Shown piece after piece: positions 61,438-64,000 of a DNA stretch of 64,000 nt; position 1 is the stretch's first letter, and each line of letters begins with the position of its first letter. The DNA comes from the human T2T-CHM13v2.0 reference genome, Homo sapiens, in the NCBI RefSeq assembly GCF_009914755.1, contig NC_060935.1, one strand, 5' to 3'. Made by a program: the position numbers and the translations under genes. Below the pieces are notes generated by a model. The model was not told the DNA's origin. It ran no database searches and saw only the letters and a list, made by a program, of their open reading frames with translations.

Positions 61438-62003
61438 CTGGGGGTGTTGCAAGGAAGTTCTGTAATTGTCACTCTGCTTAGAGCTCCACTTCACAATACA
61501 TCGAGCACTATGCTCTTCTAATCTGTTTCTCTTGCTACTGGAGACCCACCACCCTTACATCAGAACCATGGGGCGCCATTCCTCTGCCACCTGGATGCCC
61601 AGCTGAGGCCATACTAGGCTGCTGTTAGGGAGTGCCCAAATGCAGAAGAGCCCCAAGTTATGCCATCTGTGGGTGGTAAGGTGTTCACAGAGTTCATTCT
61701 CTAAACTGGAATGCCCTTGAGAGTGTAAGGGGGACTCTTAGTCATGATGCCAGGACAACAGGCCTAACTGAGACTATCGCAGATGAGCTGGGACTTAGAG
61801 ATCACTCTGGGAGTATACCCAGAAATACAGACATATCCCTCCTCCTCAAGAGGGGAGTGGGGTGGTAGGGGTGGGCCTGGACTGTGGATGGGCACTGTGA
61901 GGCTAGTGACGTTTGCTAGTTGTCATCTCACCTCCCGCTGTCCCCACAGTGGGTCATTCTGAAGACAGCAGGAGGGTCTATGTGGAAAGAAGGGCTCTGT
62001 TAC

Positions 62004-62120
62004 CTCTGAAATCTCATTATCAGCAGAGGAAATCTGCTCGAGGCGCGTTTGACAGAGCCTCTCCACCCAATATTGAATCTTTTCCGATTCTTCAAGGTCT
62101 TCCCGCTCTGTCTCAGACAC
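62004..62120 (-). CDS. USH1C: Harmonin-b cassette exon (117 nt; VSETEREDLEESEKIQYWVERLCQTRLEQISSADNEISE)
   Basis: Acceptor cccag|GTGTCT, donor GAG|gtaaca. Confidence 0.95.
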
Positions 62121-62764
62121 CTGGGACCCAGGATCGGCGCAGAAAGGAGAGGACAAAGGGCACATTTGAATAACATGTGGATAGAAATAGCATGAAAGCA
62201 CTCCTTTAGAAACTCCAGAGTACTGTGAGGTGCATCAGCTATCTAGAAAGAGACCTGGGCTTGTTCCAACTGGCCCTCAAGGAGGCAGCAGCAAGGGAGA
62301 AGAGAGTGGCGGGGTGTCAAATTCACTAAGCAGAACTTGTAGGCAAAATCAGAAAAGGGGCTTATGTATTGTGAGGGATTAGCTGGATCCCAGATCCCCA
62401 TGAACCCTGAGGCTCTTATGATTTTCCAAGAATGGAGTTTTTGTAGCCTCCCCCAGCACATTCCAAGAGTTTAACTTGACTCTTTTTTTTCCTGCTCCAT
62501 TCTGCCTTGCCCTCAGAAGCATAAGTTCAATCTTATTTTTAATTTTGTGGCTAATTTGTTCATAATGTCAGACCTAATGCATTTCACATTTTCCAGGACT
62601 TCTCTGGTTTTATAATCTAATCAAATTGGCATTCTGATTCATGGATGCATTAAAGAGAAGCAGAAACAATGATACCTCCTACAGCTGGGGAGTTAAGGTT
62701 ACCCATCTCACCTAGCATAGGAATTATTCATGGTGTAAGGTTGCTTTGGACATGTCTTCATGGG

Positions 62765-63326
62765 GACAGCCTCAGATATATTCCCAGGTTGATGAGGTCT
62801 AGCCTTAGACACACCCTATGTTGAGGGGAGCAGCCTTAGACTGATAGCCTGATTAATTGGGAGATAACCTCGCACCTACCACCTGCATAAGGGGGTTAGC
62901 CTCAGACCCATATTCTCAGAGCCAAGCTAAGTTGGGTGGGGGGGGTCTGGTCTTACAATAACCTGGGAAGGGAGGCCAGAGTGATTCAGACTCGTAGACA
63001 GGTCAGTGGAAGCCTAACTTCAAAGCTACAAGCAAGGCAGAAGGGTTAGCCGCAGACCATACTCTAAGTAGCCTCAGAGCCACACCTGAGATGGAGAGGC
63101 CCAGCCTTAGACTCTGGTGGGGTAGAGTGAAGAGGACAGACTCAAATCTCTAAGCCAGGTGTATCAAAGGCTAACCTGAGACCTACCATCTGGTCAGAAA
63201 GGCTAACCTCAGACTCACACCCCCCGACCAAGGAGGCTAGTTTCAATTCCAAAGCCAGGAGCAAGACTCACACCCCCAAGCAAGGAGATTAGTTTCAATT
63301 CCTAAGCCAGGAGCTAACCTCAGATG
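62765..63326. repeat. Decayed minisatellite-like array, ~33-bp period, core (T)AGCCT(C/T)AGAC
   Basis: Core copies at 62768, 62801, 62832, 62866, 62898, 63048, 63070, 63103, 63173, 63205 and 63316. Confidence 0.7.
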
Positions 63327-63499
63327 GCCCTGGGCAGGTGGCATGATCTCTCTCTCCAGGCTGGGGAGCAGGAAAGGGCTCACTCCACCCTTGTATGCCA
63401 TTTGAGGAGAACAACTCCAGCTGGTCCTCTGGGAGCACATGGAGAACAACCACATTGTGTCCCAGGGTTGCTTGCCTGGCCTGCAGGCAGGACACATAC

Positions 63500-63652
63500 C
63501 TCCTGGGCCAGCCGGTTGATCTTTAGCTGCTTTTCCTTCTCCAGCATTTCCTCTTTCTCTTTGTAAAGCTTTTGCTCAAACTCCAGTTCTTTCTTATTCT
63601 TTCTCAAGTCCTGCAGGCTGCCATACTTGGCTTTCTTCTTATCTTTTCCTTT
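63500..63652 (-). CDS. USH1C: Harmonin-b cassette exon (153 nt; KGKDKKKAKYGSLQDLRKNKKELEFEQKLYKEKEEMLEKEKQLKINRLAQE; coiled-coil 2; exon 16 of the long b isoform)
   Basis: Acceptor ctcag|AAAGGA, donor GAG|gtatgt; within ORF 63380..63790. Confidence 0.95.
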
Positions 63653-64000
63653 CTGAGTAGATGTGGCATTGTTTATATGACAAAGATTAGAAATAGTGTC
63701 GACAGCACAGCACACGGGGCATCCAGTCCTCACATAACACAACCATCCCATGGTGAGCCCCTCCCCCAGCTCTCTCACCACTCTGGACATCAGACCTCAG
63801 GTTTAGGACAGGAAGGCCACTGCTACCTACTGCAGAGTGGGAGACACATTCTCTTTACCAGCCAGAAAGACTGGCTTATTAGTTCACTAACTAGCTGTGT
63901 GGCCTTGGCTAAGTTCCTTAACCTCTCTGGGCCTGATTTGCCTCATCTCCAAAATGGTAAAAATACCTCCCCCACAGGCTTGCCACCCAGTGCCAATGAA

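Noticed and set aside
62765-63326. CRISPR-array reading of the motif/spacer periodicity
   Set aside because: Human intron; cores are only ~10-12 nt and degenerate; no leader or cas genes. Reported as a decayed tandem array instead.

Overview
Mammalian genomic DNA; the Alu/L1/MIR content and protein matches identify it as the human ABCC8-USH1C locus (11p15.1, from recall). Two genes lie in tandem on the minus strand. (1) The 5' part of ABCC8/SUR1: CpG-island promoter near 28.4-28.7 kb and coding exons 1-8 (ATG at 28370; codons 1-444, covering TMD0, L0 and the start of TMD1), continuing off the left edge. (2) The 3' part of USH1C/harmonin: five b-isoform cassette exons (coiled-coil 2 and PST domain), the PDZ3 exons, alternative exon G, a dual-frame last exon and poly(A) signals near 45.51 kb. 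I checked every exon boundary for AG/GT and frame continuity. About 17 kb of repeat-rich intergenic DNA separates the genes. No prokaryotic-type system, CRISPR array or structural RNA gene is evident. Best unexplained signals: a decayed ~33-bp-period motif+spacer array in a USH1C intron (62.76-63.33 kb); a C-terminal splicing switch in USH1C (LTFF, QIHR, or DDEL-stop by two routes); an RBFOX/QKI motif cluster around the harmonin-b cassette; a strong RE1/REST-like site about 1.5 kb upstream of the ABCC8 ATG; and a ~172-bp templated duplication inserted into a MIR in ABCC8 intron 2. Repeat family names and exon numbers are from recall, not from a database search.
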